A stretch of DNA of 64,000 nucleotides from Candidatus Bathyarchaeota archaeon (GTDB taxonomy: Archaea > Thermoproteota > Bathyarchaeia > TCS64): assembly GCA_043826455.1 (NCBI GenBank), contig JBDRQD010000015.1, positions 224,001 to 288,000 of the forward strand, given 5' to 3'. The position numbers were made by a program, and so were the translations under genes. Below, piece after piece: positions 1 through 9,629 of the stretch. Under the pieces are notes generated by a model. It saw only the letters and a list, made by a program, of their open reading frames with translations, had not been told where the DNA came from and did not search any database. The first letter of the stretch is position 1, and every line of letters begins with the position of its first letter.

Positions 1-25
1 TGGTGGGGCTATAGGAGGAAATGAG

Positions 26-364
26 ATGGGTTTAGGAAGCGTGATCGCTGAGGCCCTCAGGGCCCTGTTCAGGAGGCCGGTCACAGTGCAGAGCCTCACC
101 AAGGCTGGCCAGGGCGTCCCCGTACCCGAGCGCTACCGGGGCCGGATCACCTTCGACAGGGAGGCCTGCATAGGGTGCCTCCTATGCATCAGGACCTGCC
201 CCACTGGCACTATACTGGCCACCGAGGACCGGAAGGTGGAGTTCCGGCTCGACCACTGCATATTCTGCGGCCAGTGCGTCGAAATATGCCCCAAGGACGC
301 CGTTAAACATACGTCCAACTACGAGGTTGTGGTTAGTAACCGTGAGACCCTGGTCATTAAATAA
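26..364 (+). CDS. 2x[4Fe-4S] ferredoxin subunit of a membrane-bound hydrogenase/complex I-like enzyme (NuoI/EchF-like)
   Basis: Two CxxCxxCxxxCP motifs (CIGCLLCIRTCP, CIFCGQCVEICP). NuoI-type N-terminus (RPVT...PERYRGRI). GGAGG RBS upstream. Confidence 0.85.
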   Translation: MGLGSVIAEALRALFRRPVTVQSLTKAGQGVPVPERYRGRITFDREACIGCLLCIRTCPTGTILATEDRKVEFRLDHCIFCGQCVEICPKDAVKHTSNYEVVVSNRETLVIK

Positions 365-394
365 TATTAAATACGCTTCAAGGATGCAAATAGG

Positions 395-910
395 ATGGAG
401 GTTTACTTGTCAGTACCCCCCGAAACAGTAGTCCTCACACTGAAAAACCTGGTCTACCGGCACGCCGAGTACGTGACCCTGGGAGACTACCTAGTGGAGA
501 AGTACGGCTTCAAGACCATCGAGGAGGTAGAGCACACCATAACAGAGATGAGGGAACTCTACCAGATAGACAGAGGCGACATGGTCCTGGAGCACGAGAC
601 TGAGGCGCCCATCATACTTGAGGCTGTGGACACCAAGACCGCCTCCCACAAGATCTACGAGGGAAGCTACCTGGACCAGAAGATTAAGATCTATGTGATG
701 GGGGACATCGCGCGTACGGAGGACCTGGTGGAGATCAGTGACACCGAGAGGTACAAGGTGTACACCGCCCAGTACCAGATGATCAAGCTCCTCGGCGAGA
801 GCGGCTACGCCCTCCAGAAGTTCTTAGAGAACGTGTCCGTGGAGCTGGGCCTCAAGATAGAGGCCCAGGTGTGGAGCTTCCACAGGGTGAGCACTAGGAT
901 ACACCAATGA
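395..910 (+). CDS. Hypothetical soluble acidic protein
   Basis: 171-aa ORF with host-like codon usage. TATA-like TATTAAATA about 25 nt upstream. Confidence 0.7.
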   Translation: MEVYLSVPPETVVLTLKNLVYRHAEYVTLGDYLVEKYGFKTIEEVEHTITEMRELYQIDRGDMVLEHETEAPIILEAVDTKTASHKIYEGSYLDQKIKIYVMGDIARTEDLVEISDTERYKVYTAQYQMIKLLGESGYALQKFLENVSVELGLKIEAQVWSFHRVSTRIHQ

Positions 911-2351
911 GGTTGAGAAGCAGCCACGGCTGAAGCCCTATCAGGATGGCTATCAGCGCCACCAGGGCCGGGGGAAGCCACATGGCCCAGGGAACCCTCG
1001 CCACCATCTTTTGCTCGTCCCTGTCCCTGCCCAGGAATATCCACTGGAAGGACCTGATGAGGTAGACGGCCGAGACCATGGACACCGACACGAAGGCGCC
1101 CAGCACCAGCACCGTAACCATGGTCCCATGGGGCAGCAGGTACTCGTTGACGGCGCTCAGGAGAAGCCACTTGGAGTAGAACCCGCTAAGGGGCGGAACC
1201 CCGGCCACAGAAAGCACGCAGACGACGTATATAAGAGCCACTTTCTTCATCCTCCGCACCAGGCCCCCCAGGGCACCCATGTCGTTGGTGCCGTACATGA
1301 TGGAGACGGAGCCCAGGCACAGGAGGACCCCCATCTTCATCAGGGCACCGTTGACTATGTACACGGTGCCCGCCACGAAGCTCAGTGGGGTGAAGAGGCT
1401 CAGGGCCAGGAGCATGTGGCCGAATCCCTCTATGCTGGTGTAGGCCATCATCCTCATGAAATCCCTCTGGCTGAAAGCCATGAGGACCCCGAAGAGGATG
1501 GATGCCGCCCCCACCCCCACGTACATGACCATTATCAGGTTGGAGTCGAGGGCGTGGTGGAAGGGCTTCACCAGCTTGTACAGGGCCAGGATGAAGGCTA
1601 TGGGCTCGGCGCAGAAGAAGCCGTTCACCGCAGGAGTCGAGGCCGGGAACACGTCGGGGGCCCATCCGTGGAAGGGCACCAGGCCGATGTCGGCGCCCAG
1701 GCCGATGATGAAGCAGGCCCCCAGAAGGGCCACCAGTTGAGGATTCTCCTGGATAACCCCCAGGCCGCTCTCCAGGGTCAACAGATTGGAGTTACCGGTC
1801 AAAACGTAGACCACCAGGACGGCGAAGAGGACGAAGAGGGCGCTGATGGCCGTGATTATCAGGTACTTGTAGGAGGACTCGGAGGCCAGCCTATTACGGG
1901 CATGGGCCACCAGCACTATGGAAACGCCGATGGTGAGCTCCACGAAGACAAAGATGTAGAAGAGGTCGAAGGAGAGGAGGAGCCCCAGCATGCAGACCTG
2001 GAACAGCAGCACGAAGAAGTTGTACATGCTGGGCTTTAGGCGACCGCCGGTCTCGGACTTGATGTTGTAGATGGAGGTGAGGAAGAAGATGACGGCCACT
2101 CCCAGGATGCCTGCCGCATTGGTGAGGTCGAAGCGGAGGGCCAGCAGAGGCGTCTCCAGCACCATCCCGGCCAGGGCGTCGGAGACCATGACCAGCACTA
2201 TCGCCAGTGTCAGCCCGGTGCCGAGGAGAAGAGACTCCTTCTCGATCCTCCCGTAGAAGGACTCCAGGAAGTCGAAGGGCAGGGTGAAGAGGCAGAGGAC
2301 CGCCACAAAGGTGGGGGCCAAAAGGCAGAGCAGAGGCAGTAGCGAGTACAC
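894..2351 (-). CDS. Proton-translocating antiporter-like membrane subunit (MrpD/HyfF/NuoN family)
   Basis: Many TM helices. Motifs ESSYKYLI, GLVPFHGWAPD, MAYTS, AGVPPLSGFYSKW. Confidence 0.88.
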   Translation of the reverse strand: MYSLLPLLCLLAPTFVAVLCLFTLPFDFLESFYGRIEKESLLLGTGLTLAIVLVMVSDALAGMVLETPLLALRFDLTNAAGILGVAVIFFLTSIYNIKSETGGRLKPSMYNFFVLLFQVCMLGLLLSFDLFYIFVFVELTIGVSIVLVAHARNRLASESSYKYLIITAISALFVLFAVLVVYVLTGNSNLLTLESGLGVIQENPQLVALLGACFIIGLGADIGLVPFHGWAPDVFPASTPAVNGFFCAEPIAFILALYKLVKPFHHALDSNLIMVMYVGVGAASILFGVLMAFSQRDFMRMMAYTSIEGFGHMLLALSLFTPLSFVAGTVYIVNGALMKMGVLLCLGSVSIMYGTNDMGALGGLVRRMKKVALIYVVCVLSVAGVPPLSGFYSKWLLLSAVNEYLLPHGTMVTVLVLGAFVSVSMVSAVYLIRSFQWIFLGRDRDEQKMVARVPWAMWLPPALVALIAILIGLQPWLLLNLIGVS

Positions 2352-2996
2352 TTATCGGCTCAGCCTCCAATCGCTGATCTCCATGGAGCCGTAGTCCTTG
2401 TGGGACTCCATGACTATGAAGACGCCCACCATGTTGACAAAGATCATCAGCACCAGCAGGAAGGGGACCACTACCATGGGGCTCCTGGCTAGGAGGGGGA
2501 ACAGGGCGTTCTCCGCCATGTTGAGACCCACCAGTACCTTCAGCGGGTCACGGCGGGTAACCATCAGGTACACTGAAAGGGTGAACATGAGGGATATGAA
2601 GGGCAGGGCCTCCAGCTGCTTGGGTATCACCTGATAGTAGTAGACCCACAGGCCCAGGTGGATGAGGACGATGGCGGCGACGATGAGGCTCCCCCTCCTC
2701 ACGTCGATGAGCGGCTTGTCAACGGTATCCGCCGTCCTCACCATCCCCCAGTAGATGATCAGGGGAGAGATGGCGGCCGCAGAGAACCACTCGGCAAAGC
2801 TCGCTATGAACTTGACGAGAGCCTCCATGTGGAGCCCCAGGACCAGGTTAACCAGGACGTACATGAGCTCCACGAAACCTATGGCCGCCGCCTGGAGGGC
2901 CATGAGGGCTATGGTCTGCTTGGTGGATTTGGAGAAGACGCCTAGGAGGGTGGCCACGGTGGACGTCATGAGGGCTATGAATACTATTGTCTCCAT
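2352..2996 (-). CDS. Membrane subunit, HyfE-like (hydrogenase-4 component E)
   Basis: Hydrophobic 214 aa with a DPLKVLVGLNMAEN motif, lying between two antiporter-like subunits. Confidence 0.6.
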   Translation of the reverse strand: METIVFIALMTSTVATLLGVFSKSTKQTIALMALQAAAIGFVELMYVLVNLVLGLHMEALVKFIASFAEWFSAAAISPLIIYWGMVRTADTVDKPLIDVRRGSLIVAAIVLIHLGLWVYYYQVIPKQLEALPFISLMFTLSVYLMVTRRDPLKVLVGLNMAENALFPLLARSPMVVVPFLLVLMIFVNMVGVFIVMESHKDYGSMEISDWRLSR

Positions 2997-2999
2997 TTT

Positions 3000-4994
3000 T
3001 TATCCCCCCAAGACGATCAGCAGGATCAGTATGATGGCTCCGCCTAGGAACGACAGGAGGGCCGGGTAGTAGCTCTGGTTGACGTCGAGGCGTCTTAGCC
3101 AGTCACATACTCCTGAGAACCATTTTGAGGCCCCATAGTAGAGCCTGTCCACGTCGACTAAGTCTGATACTTGCTTTATCCTCAGTGTGTCGATGAGGGT
3201 CGTGTAGATATGCTCACCTGAGACGTGGCCCAGTAGACCCGGGTCCTCTCCGAAGGCGTAGGGCCTCGAGGCCTCCTCCATGGCTGAGGCGCTGACAGGG
3301 TTTATGGCGATCCTGGACGCAAAGATGAAGGCCCCTATTATGGAGATGTATATGATGCTGATGGCTGCTCCCAGCAGCGGGTTCCAGATGCCGGACGCCG
3401 TAATAATATTTCCCAACGAAATACCTATCTCTATGTTTACACCCAGGTGCTGAGCAGCCGGTACAATCAGGTTGGTCAATAGTATCTGGGGGAAGACGCC
3501 CACTATGATTATGACTATTGAAAGGAACACCATGGGGAGCAGCATGAAGAGGGGGGGCTCCCTTGACTCGGGCTTCTGCTTTGACACGCCGAGGAACGTC
3601 GAGTGGAACATCCTCACTATGGCGATGGTCTTGAAGACGGTCCCAACCAGCAGTATGACTATCAACCCTATCGCCTTTACCTCCAACAGGGCGTGGATCG
3701 TGAGCCAGAAGGCCGTGAAGTAGCCCAGGAACGGGAAACCCACCCAAGACAGCACCCCTATGGCGCCGCACACAGTCGTCAAGGGCATGACCTTAATCAG
3801 CCCACCCAGGCCATCCAGGGAGGTCCTCCCCGTCCGGTATATCGCTGCGCCCACCGCGAAGAACAGGATGCCACAGTAAATCACATGAGGAATCAGCGCG
3901 TAGAGCCCCGCAATCGTCCCCAGGGACGTACCAAGCCCCAGGGCCATCACGGTGCTTCCAAGGCTGGAGATGAGGATGTAGGCGATCAGCTTCTTCACGT
4001 CCTCCTCAAAGATCGAAGGAAGAACAGCCACGAGCAGAGTCACGACCCCCGTGAACGTGATCAGGAAGTGCCAGATGTTTAATTCCCCAAACAGTAGGCT
4101 CCATGGATGGGCCAACGAGAAGGAAGCCGCGACGACTGGTGCGAACACCTGCCCAAAGAACCTTGGGAAAGCGTAGAGCCCCATGAGGAAGCCCACCACG
4201 TGAACGTAGGCTGTTACGGGGGTCGGAGCTATAGTGGCATCAGGCAACCAGGTGTGTAACGGGAACTGGACGGCCTTCGGAAGTATCCCTATGAAGAAAA
4301 GCACCATTGAGACAACCACCATGGTTGTGGGGGAGAGGCTTCCGCTCCACAGGTGAAAGTTCAGCGCCCCTACGACCGGGAATATGACGACGGCTCCGAG
4401 CAGGAACCCCAGGGTCCCCACATGCGTTATGATGAAGGTCTTCATGGAGGCCGACCTACTTTTAGGGTCCTCGTGCCAGAAGGCCACCAACGCGTACGAA
4501 CACAGGCCCGTAATCTCCCAGAACACTATGAGCATAATCATGTTACTGGTGAAGCACGCCCCCAACATGGCTCCCAGAAAGATCAGCATCATGGAGTAGG
4601 CCCAGTTGTAGGCTGTGGAGACGACGCGATACCTGTTCTCCTTGCTGAAGTACTTGACTGAGAAGGTCAAGGACAGGGCGGCGAAGAGGGCTGAAAGCAC
4701 TGTAGGTATCAGCGCCAAGCCGTCAAGATAGAGGCTGAACTCGATCACGCCCACCGGCAAGGGGATAGTCAAGACGGTGCCCATGACAGGGCCGACGCTC
4801 AATACAACCTGTGAGATGATGAGGGTAAGGACCAGTATCAGGTAGGCTGAAATCACACACAGGTCCCTGGCGACACGCCCACCATACCCCGGAACGTGTG
4901 ATACAAAGTAAGCTGCCACTGCGACGATGAACGGCAGCAGTATCACCAATGTTCCAAGGTAAAGGGTCTCGATCAAATCCTCTTCAGGCCCCAA
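3000..4994 (-). CDS. Antiporter-like membrane subunit (NuoL/MrpA/HyfB family)
   Basis: Motifs FWEITGLCSYAL, KAVQFPLHTWLPDA..APTPVTA, KKLIAY. Confidence 0.9.
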   Translation of the reverse strand: MGPEEDLIETLYLGTLVILLPFIVAVAAYFVSHVPGYGGRVARDLCVISAYLILVLTLIISQVVLSVGPVMGTVLTIPLPVGVIEFSLYLDGLALIPTVLSALFAALSLTFSVKYFSKENRYRVVSTAYNWAYSMMLIFLGAMLGACFTSNMIMLIVFWEITGLCSYALVAFWHEDPKSRSASMKTFIITHVGTLGFLLGAVVIFPVVGALNFHLWSGSLSPTTMVVVSMVLFFIGILPKAVQFPLHTWLPDATIAPTPVTAYVHVVGFLMGLYAFPRFFGQVFAPVVAASFSLAHPWSLLFGELNIWHFLITFTGVVTLLVAVLPSIFEEDVKKLIAYILISSLGSTVMALGLGTSLGTIAGLYALIPHVIYCGILFFAVGAAIYRTGRTSLDGLGGLIKVMPLTTVCGAIGVLSWVGFPFLGYFTAFWLTIHALLEVKAIGLIVILLVGTVFKTIAIVRMFHSTFLGVSKQKPESREPPLFMLLPMVFLSIVIIIVGVFPQILLTNLIVPAAQHLGVNIEIGISLGNIITASGIWNPLLGAAISIIYISIIGAFIFASRIAINPVSASAMEEASRPYAFGEDPGLLGHVSGEHIYTTLIDTLRIKQVSDLVDVDRLYYGASKWFSGVCDWLRRLDVNQSYYPALLSFLGGAIILILLIVLGG

Positions 4995-5065
4995 TAACTG
5001 GTTGCAAAGACATCGACATTAACACTATTCAATTTTTTGACCCCTTCCCTGCAATAATATGTGGT

Positions 5066-5518
5066 TTATGTTTCCACCTTTGACACTTTTTTTCTCAGAG
5101 GGTAAGAGTCCAGGGGCCAGTTATCAGGAAGCACCAGTCTCGTCGGCCCAAGACTATCGATGAACTCCACGCCCAGAAGCTCATGAACCTCAGCCTCGTA
5201 GAAGCCTGCCCCCGGGATTATGTCAGTAACTGTGTGAACCTGGAGGCTGTCGTGAGCTAGCTTGACCCGGATCGTAGTCACCAGCCCATCCCTGTCCAGG
5301 TGGTACAGGAGCTCGATGAACTCGGCTGAGTCGTAACCCGTGATCGCGGACAGGTGGTGAAACCCTTCATCCTTGAGGCCGGCGACAGCCTCTCTAAGAC
5401 ACTCTTTTTTTAATGATAGGTTGATTCTCCTTTCTTTCGGGAAAGATGTCTCTGTTACACAGTCTTTCCCTATTTTCGGTAATAATCTATCGAGAAAATC
5501 GTTTTCAGGAAGGGTCAC
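5066..5518 (-). CDS. NuoC/EchD-like subunit (complex I 30 kDa family)
   Basis: HLSAITGYD...ELLYHL, YEAEVHELLGVEF, YPLRK. Confidence 0.85.
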   Translation of the reverse strand: MTLPENDFLDRLLPKIGKDCVTETSFPKERRINLSLKKECLREAVAGLKDEGFHHLSAITGYDSAEFIELLYHLDRDGLVTTIRVKLAHDSLQVHTVTDIIPGAGFYEAEVHELLGVEFIDSLGPTRLVLPDNWPLDSYPLRKKVSKVET

Positions 5519-5607
5519 ATCTGTTAGTTTCCTAGGGCATCTATATTAACATGATTCTGTCTTCCAGTCGTATCTGACCAACTGGATAATGGAGGTGAGG
5601 AGGAGAC

Positions 5608-7152
5608 CTACCTTTCAAGGATGAACTCCCTTGAGGGCGCTGTTGGCTTCCCGATGCGCTTCTTCAGCATGTCGTCCCCTACCTTCCGTCCCACCTCCAT
5701 GGGCCTCAGTGTCTCCAGCTGCTTCACGGCGGTGTCCAGCTTGGTGGCCGAGTCGCTGTATATCCTGAACATGGGCTTATCCATCTTCACCTTGTCTCCC
5801 GTCTTAGCGAATAGCCGTATCCCAGCGCCCTTGGCGGCGGGCGTCCCAGCAGCTCTGGCGATCTTGACCAGGTCCCTGTTGTTGAACCACAGTATCCTGC
5901 CGTCCATGGGCGCGGGCGCGTCATAGAAGTGCTTACCCGGGATCAGGTCCTCCGGCTTCACCTCGGGGTCGCCCCCCTGAGCCTCAATGATCTCCTTCAT
6001 CTTCTCCAAGGCCTTGCCCTTAGCGATGATGTCGTGAGCGAGCTGCTTGCCGTTCTCTTGGCCCACCATCTCGAACAAGATACCGGCCAGGTTGGTGGCC
6101 TTGTCCACTAGCTCGTGGGGGCCATCGCCGCACAGGGTCTCCAGGGCCTCCCGGGCCTCAAGGATGGGCCCTATGTTGTATCCTATGGGCTGGCTGCCCT
6201 CGGTGATGGCGCACTCTATCACCATGTCGAAGCGGCTGCCCAGCTCTATGAAGTCGCTGGCCAGCTGCTCGGCCTCGGCTATGGTCTTGATCTTGGCGTC
6301 CACCCCCACGGGAATGTCCACCACCACGTGAGTGCTGCCCATGGCCTTCTTCTTACTCATGATACTGGGGAGCAGCAGCGGGTCTATGCTGAGGGGATAC
6401 TCTATCCTGATGAAGAGGTCATCAGCTGGGGCCAGGTCTATGCTGCCCCCCCACACGATGCAGGCGCCCACGCGTTTGACTATACCCATTATCTCGTCGA
6501 AGGGCACGCTCACAGGCGCCAGGGCCTCCATCCTGTCCGCGGTGCCGGCGGGGCTGGTGATGGCCCTGCTGCTGCTCTTGGGGATGGTGTATCCCGCGGC
6601 GGCCACGATGGGGGTCACCACCAGGGTGGTCTTGTCCCCCGGGACGCCGCCGATGCTGTGCTTGTCCAGGATGGGGCTTCTGTCGAAGCTGATGGTCTTG
6701 CCGCTCCAGATCATGGCGCGGCTGAGGGCCTCCACCTCCTCCATGCTGACCCCGTGGATGTGGAGGGAGGTGACGAAGGCGGCCATCTCTATGTCGCTCA
6801 GGTGACGCTCGACGACATCGCCCACGATGCGCTGTATCTTCCAGGGCGTGAGCCTCTCCCCGTTCACCTTCTCCCTGATGAAGTCCAGGCTCTCGGGGCG
6901 CCTGGCGGGCTCGACCCTCAGGGTGTCACCCTTCTTGAGGTTTAGCCTCTTGGTGACCTCCTTGTATACGCCGAGCTCCCCCTTCACCCCGTTGGAGCTT
7001 ATGTTCAGTATGCACACGGCGTGCTTGTCCTTGTGGCGCAGGAAGACGCGGTCGCTACTATTGACGCTCAGGTCCGCGGCGTCCTGCCTGTTTAATACTA
7101 CTACTAGTGGTCCGCCTGCCTCTATTTCCAGGGGTGTCGCTGTCAGTTCCAT
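5608..7152 (-). CDS. AMP phosphorylase (archaeal thymidine-phosphorylase family)
   Basis: N-terminal extension. Motifs DKHSIGGVPGDKT, PKSSSRAITSPAGTAD, SIMSKK. Adjacent to RuBisCO. Confidence 0.93.
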   Translation of the reverse strand: MELTATPLEIEAGGPLVVVLNRQDAADLSVNSSDRVFLRHKDKHAVCILNISSNGVKGELGVYKEVTKRLNLKKGDTLRVEPARRPESLDFIREKVNGERLTPWKIQRIVGDVVERHLSDIEMAAFVTSLHIHGVSMEEVEALSRAMIWSGKTISFDRSPILDKHSIGGVPGDKTTLVVTPIVAAAGYTIPKSSSRAITSPAGTADRMEALAPVSVPFDEIMGIVKRVGACIVWGGSIDLAPADDLFIRIEYPLSIDPLLLPSIMSKKKAMGSTHVVVDIPVGVDAKIKTIAEAEQLASDFIELGSRFDMVIECAITEGSQPIGYNIGPILEAREALETLCGDGPHELVDKATNLAGILFEMVGQENGKQLAHDIIAKGKALEKMKEIIEAQGGDPEVKPEDLIPGKHFYDAPAPMDGRILWFNNRDLVKIARAAGTPAAKGAGIRLFAKTGDKVKMDKPMFRIYSDSATKLDTAVKQLETLRPMEVGRKVGDDMLKKRIGKPTAPSREFILER

Positions 7153-7233
7153 GGCCTGCCCTCAGAACATGGAAGTATGGTCGAGTAAAGCTAAAAATAT
7201 GGTGGATTCCTAGCTCATCTTGGATGCGTTTCT

Positions 7234-8460
7234 ATGCGCTACATCGACTTCGTGGACAAAGAATACCGGCCAAAGGACACCGACCTCCTGTGCAGGTTCC
7301 GCCTGGAGCCCCTGGAACAGCCCTTCGACGTCATAGCTGGGGGCGTGGCGGCTGAGAGCAGCGTCGGCACCTGGACGGAGCTGAGCACCGAGAAGCCCTA
7401 CATGGCGGACAAGGCCGCCAAGGTCTACAGGATCGAGGGTAAAATTATCGACATCGCGTATCCTGTGGAGCTCTTCGAGCCGGGGAACATGCCCAACATC
7501 CTCAGTAGCGTCGCCGGCAACGTCTTCGGCCTGGAGGACATCAAGTACCTCAGACTCAACGACATAACCTTCCCCCGGACGCTGGTGAAGAGCTTCAAGG
7601 GGCCAAGGTACGGGATCAAGGGCGTCAGGGAAGTCACCCGCATCAAGGACAGGCCCCTTGTCGGCACCATCATTAAGCCCAAGCTGGGCCTCAACACCGC
7701 GGACCACGCCCAGGTGGCCTACGACGCTTGGAGTGGCGGCTGCGACGTGGTGAAGGACGACGAGAACCTGAGCAGCCAGAGGTTCAACCCCTTCGAGGAG
7801 AGGGTCGTCCAGACCTTGGAGGCTAGGGACAGGGCCGAGTCTGAGACCGGGGAGCGGAAGGTGTACATGGCCAACGTGACGGCTGAGGTGGAGGAGATGA
7901 AGCGCCGCGCTCAGTACCTGGAGGACCACGGAGGAAGGTACATGATGATCGACATCCTCACCACCGGGTGGAGCAGCCTCCAGACCATGAGGGACGCGGG
8001 ATTCAACCTGGTCCTCCATGCCCACAGGGCCGGCCACGCCGCCTTCACCAGAAGCACAGTCCACGGGATCAGCATGGTGGTCCTGGCCAAGGTGGCCAGG
8101 CTGCTGGGGGTAGATCAGCTCCACGTGGGTACCGCCGTGGGTAAGATGGCGGAGACTGAGGAGGAGGTCAGGGCGAATATCGCGGCCTGCAAGGAGCCGC
8201 TTCACGGCGTCAAGCCGGTGCTACCCGTGGCCAGCGGGGGCCTACACCCCGGAATGGTGCCTGCGCTCATGGAGATATTCGGCGAGGACGTGGTCATCCA
8301 GCTGGGCGGCGGAATCCACGGCCACCCCGACGGCACCGTCAAGGGGGCGACGGCTGCGAGGCAGGCCGTGGACGCAGTCCTCAGAGGATACACGCTGAAG
8401 GATTACGCCAAGGACCACCCTGAGCTTGCCCGAGCCCTCACCAAGTGGAAAGAAATCTAG
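7234..8460 (+). CDS. rbcL: Form III ribulose-1,5-bisphosphate carboxylase
   Basis: AESSVGTW, GTIIKPKLGL, catalytic KDDE, HAHRAGH, HVGTAVGKM, SGGLHPG, GGGIHGHP. The catalytic residue set appears intact. No small subunit nearby. Confidence 0.95.
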   Translation: MRYIDFVDKEYRPKDTDLLCRFRLEPLEQPFDVIAGGVAAESSVGTWTELSTEKPYMADKAAKVYRIEGKIIDIAYPVELFEPGNMPNILSSVAGNVFGLEDIKYLRLNDITFPRTLVKSFKGPRYGIKGVREVTRIKDRPLVGTIIKPKLGLNTADHAQVAYDAWSGGCDVVKDDENLSSQRFNPFEERVVQTLEARDRAESETGERKVYMANVTAEVEEMKRRAQYLEDHGGRYMMIDILTTGWSSLQTMRDAGFNLVLHAHRAGHAAFTRSTVHGISMVVLAKVARLLGVDQLHVGTAVGKMAETEEEVRANIAACKEPLHGVKPVLPVASGGLHPGMVPALMEIFGEDVVIQLGGGIHGHPDGTVKGATAARQAVDAVLRGYTLKDYAKDHPELARALTKWKEI

Positions 8461-8500
8461 GCTCTATCAGCTAAGAAAACTGGCATAGAACGCCCCTTTT

Positions 8501-9412
8501 TCACTTGTCCAGTATCCAAGGGTAGTGCCTGTGAATGGCTTCCAGGATGCTGTGGGGGCTGATGATGCCCTCCTCCGTGATGATCCCGTGGATGTAGTCG
8601 CGGCGCGTCACGTCGAAGGCCGGGTTCCTGATCTTCAAGCCCTCCGGCGGAGCGTCCCATATCTCTCCCGTCTTCCTCTCCTCTATGGCCTCGTACTCGC
8701 CGTGGATGGTCACAGGGTCGAACTTGAGGAGCGTGCCCACAACGTAGAAGGGCACCCTGGCCTCGCCGGCCGCCAGGGCCACTTGGCTGGTGCCTATCTT
8801 GTTGATGACGTTGCCCTCGCTGGTGATAGCGTCGCATCCCACAACCACGAAGTCTATCTCCTTCATGTAGTGGCGGGCCGCCGAGTCCACGATCATGGTG
8901 GTGTCGATGCCCGCCTCCACCAGCTCCACGGCCGTTATCCGTCCCTGGTACTTGGGCCGGGTCTCCGTCTGTATCACCCTGAACCGCTTACCCTGCCTGT
9001 GAGCCTCGATAAGGGTGGCAGTCACCGCACTGCTGTGGCAGTGGGTGAGGATGGTGTTGCCGTCCCTGACCCTCCTTGAGCCGATCTCCACTATCCTTCG
9101 CTGGCTCTCCCTGAAGTGGCCCATTATCTCATTAGAGACCCTTCTAACCGTCGCCTTGAAGACTGCCCCGTCGCCCCAATCCTTGGGGACGTGTGTCTGC
9201 ATATACCTGAGGCCGTTCCTGAGCATGGGCTCGGTTTCCCTGGCCTCCACCAGCTCATGGACCCCCTCATCCAATGCCCTGGAGGCCTCTGCGGAGCTCT
9301 GCGCATCCAGCAGCTCCTTTGTGAGTGCGTCCACGGCGGACAAGGCGATCTTAGTGGCTCCCTGTATCTCCAGGCGCTCGATCTTCCCCGCGGTGTCAGT
9401 TATCCACTTCAA
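8501..9412 (-). CDS. Ribose-1,5-bisphosphate isomerase (eIF2B-like family)
   Basis: IQGATKIA, RETEPMLRN, LTHCHSS, ETRPKYQG, NKIGT, NPAFDVT. Context with AMP phosphorylase and RuBisCO. Confidence 0.92.
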   Translation of the reverse strand: MKWITDTAGKIERLEIQGATKIALSAVDALTKELLDAQSSAEASRALDEGVHELVEARETEPMLRNGLRYMQTHVPKDWGDGAVFKATVRRVSNEIMGHFRESQRRIVEIGSRRVRDGNTILTHCHSSAVTATLIEAHRQGKRFRVIQTETRPKYQGRITAVELVEAGIDTTMIVDSAARHYMKEIDFVVVGCDAITSEGNVINKIGTSQVALAAGEARVPFYVVGTLLKFDPVTIHGEYEAIEERKTGEIWDAPPEGLKIRNPAFDVTRRDYIHGIITEEGIISPHSILEAIHRHYPWILDK

Positions 9413-9531
9413 GGCCCATCAAATGATCAGGAGCCGCCTCCGTTTTTAAGACTTGGCGAGACTCCAAATCCACATACATTTTGTTGTGCGTATTATTGAG
9501 GGAGAGTTGTCATCTGAGGAGGAATGATGAA

Positions 9532-9546
9532 GGAAACCTTTATAAG
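9532..9546 (+). promoter_or_regulatory. BRE + TATA box of tfb
   Basis: GGAAACC-TTTATAAG upstream of tfb, with a GGTGA RBS at 9620-9624. Confidence 0.6.
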
Positions 9547-9629
9547 CGGCCGTTCGGAATCAAACTACAAGAAGTATGGGTAAAATACCCATAATATGTG
9601 GTTTTTAACAGCAAACCAAGGTGAATGAG

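Noticed and set aside
7234..8460. Calvin-cycle autotrophy implied by RuBisCO
   Set aside because: Form III enzyme flanked by AMP phosphorylase and R15P isomerase, with no phosphoribulokinase or small subunit in the window.
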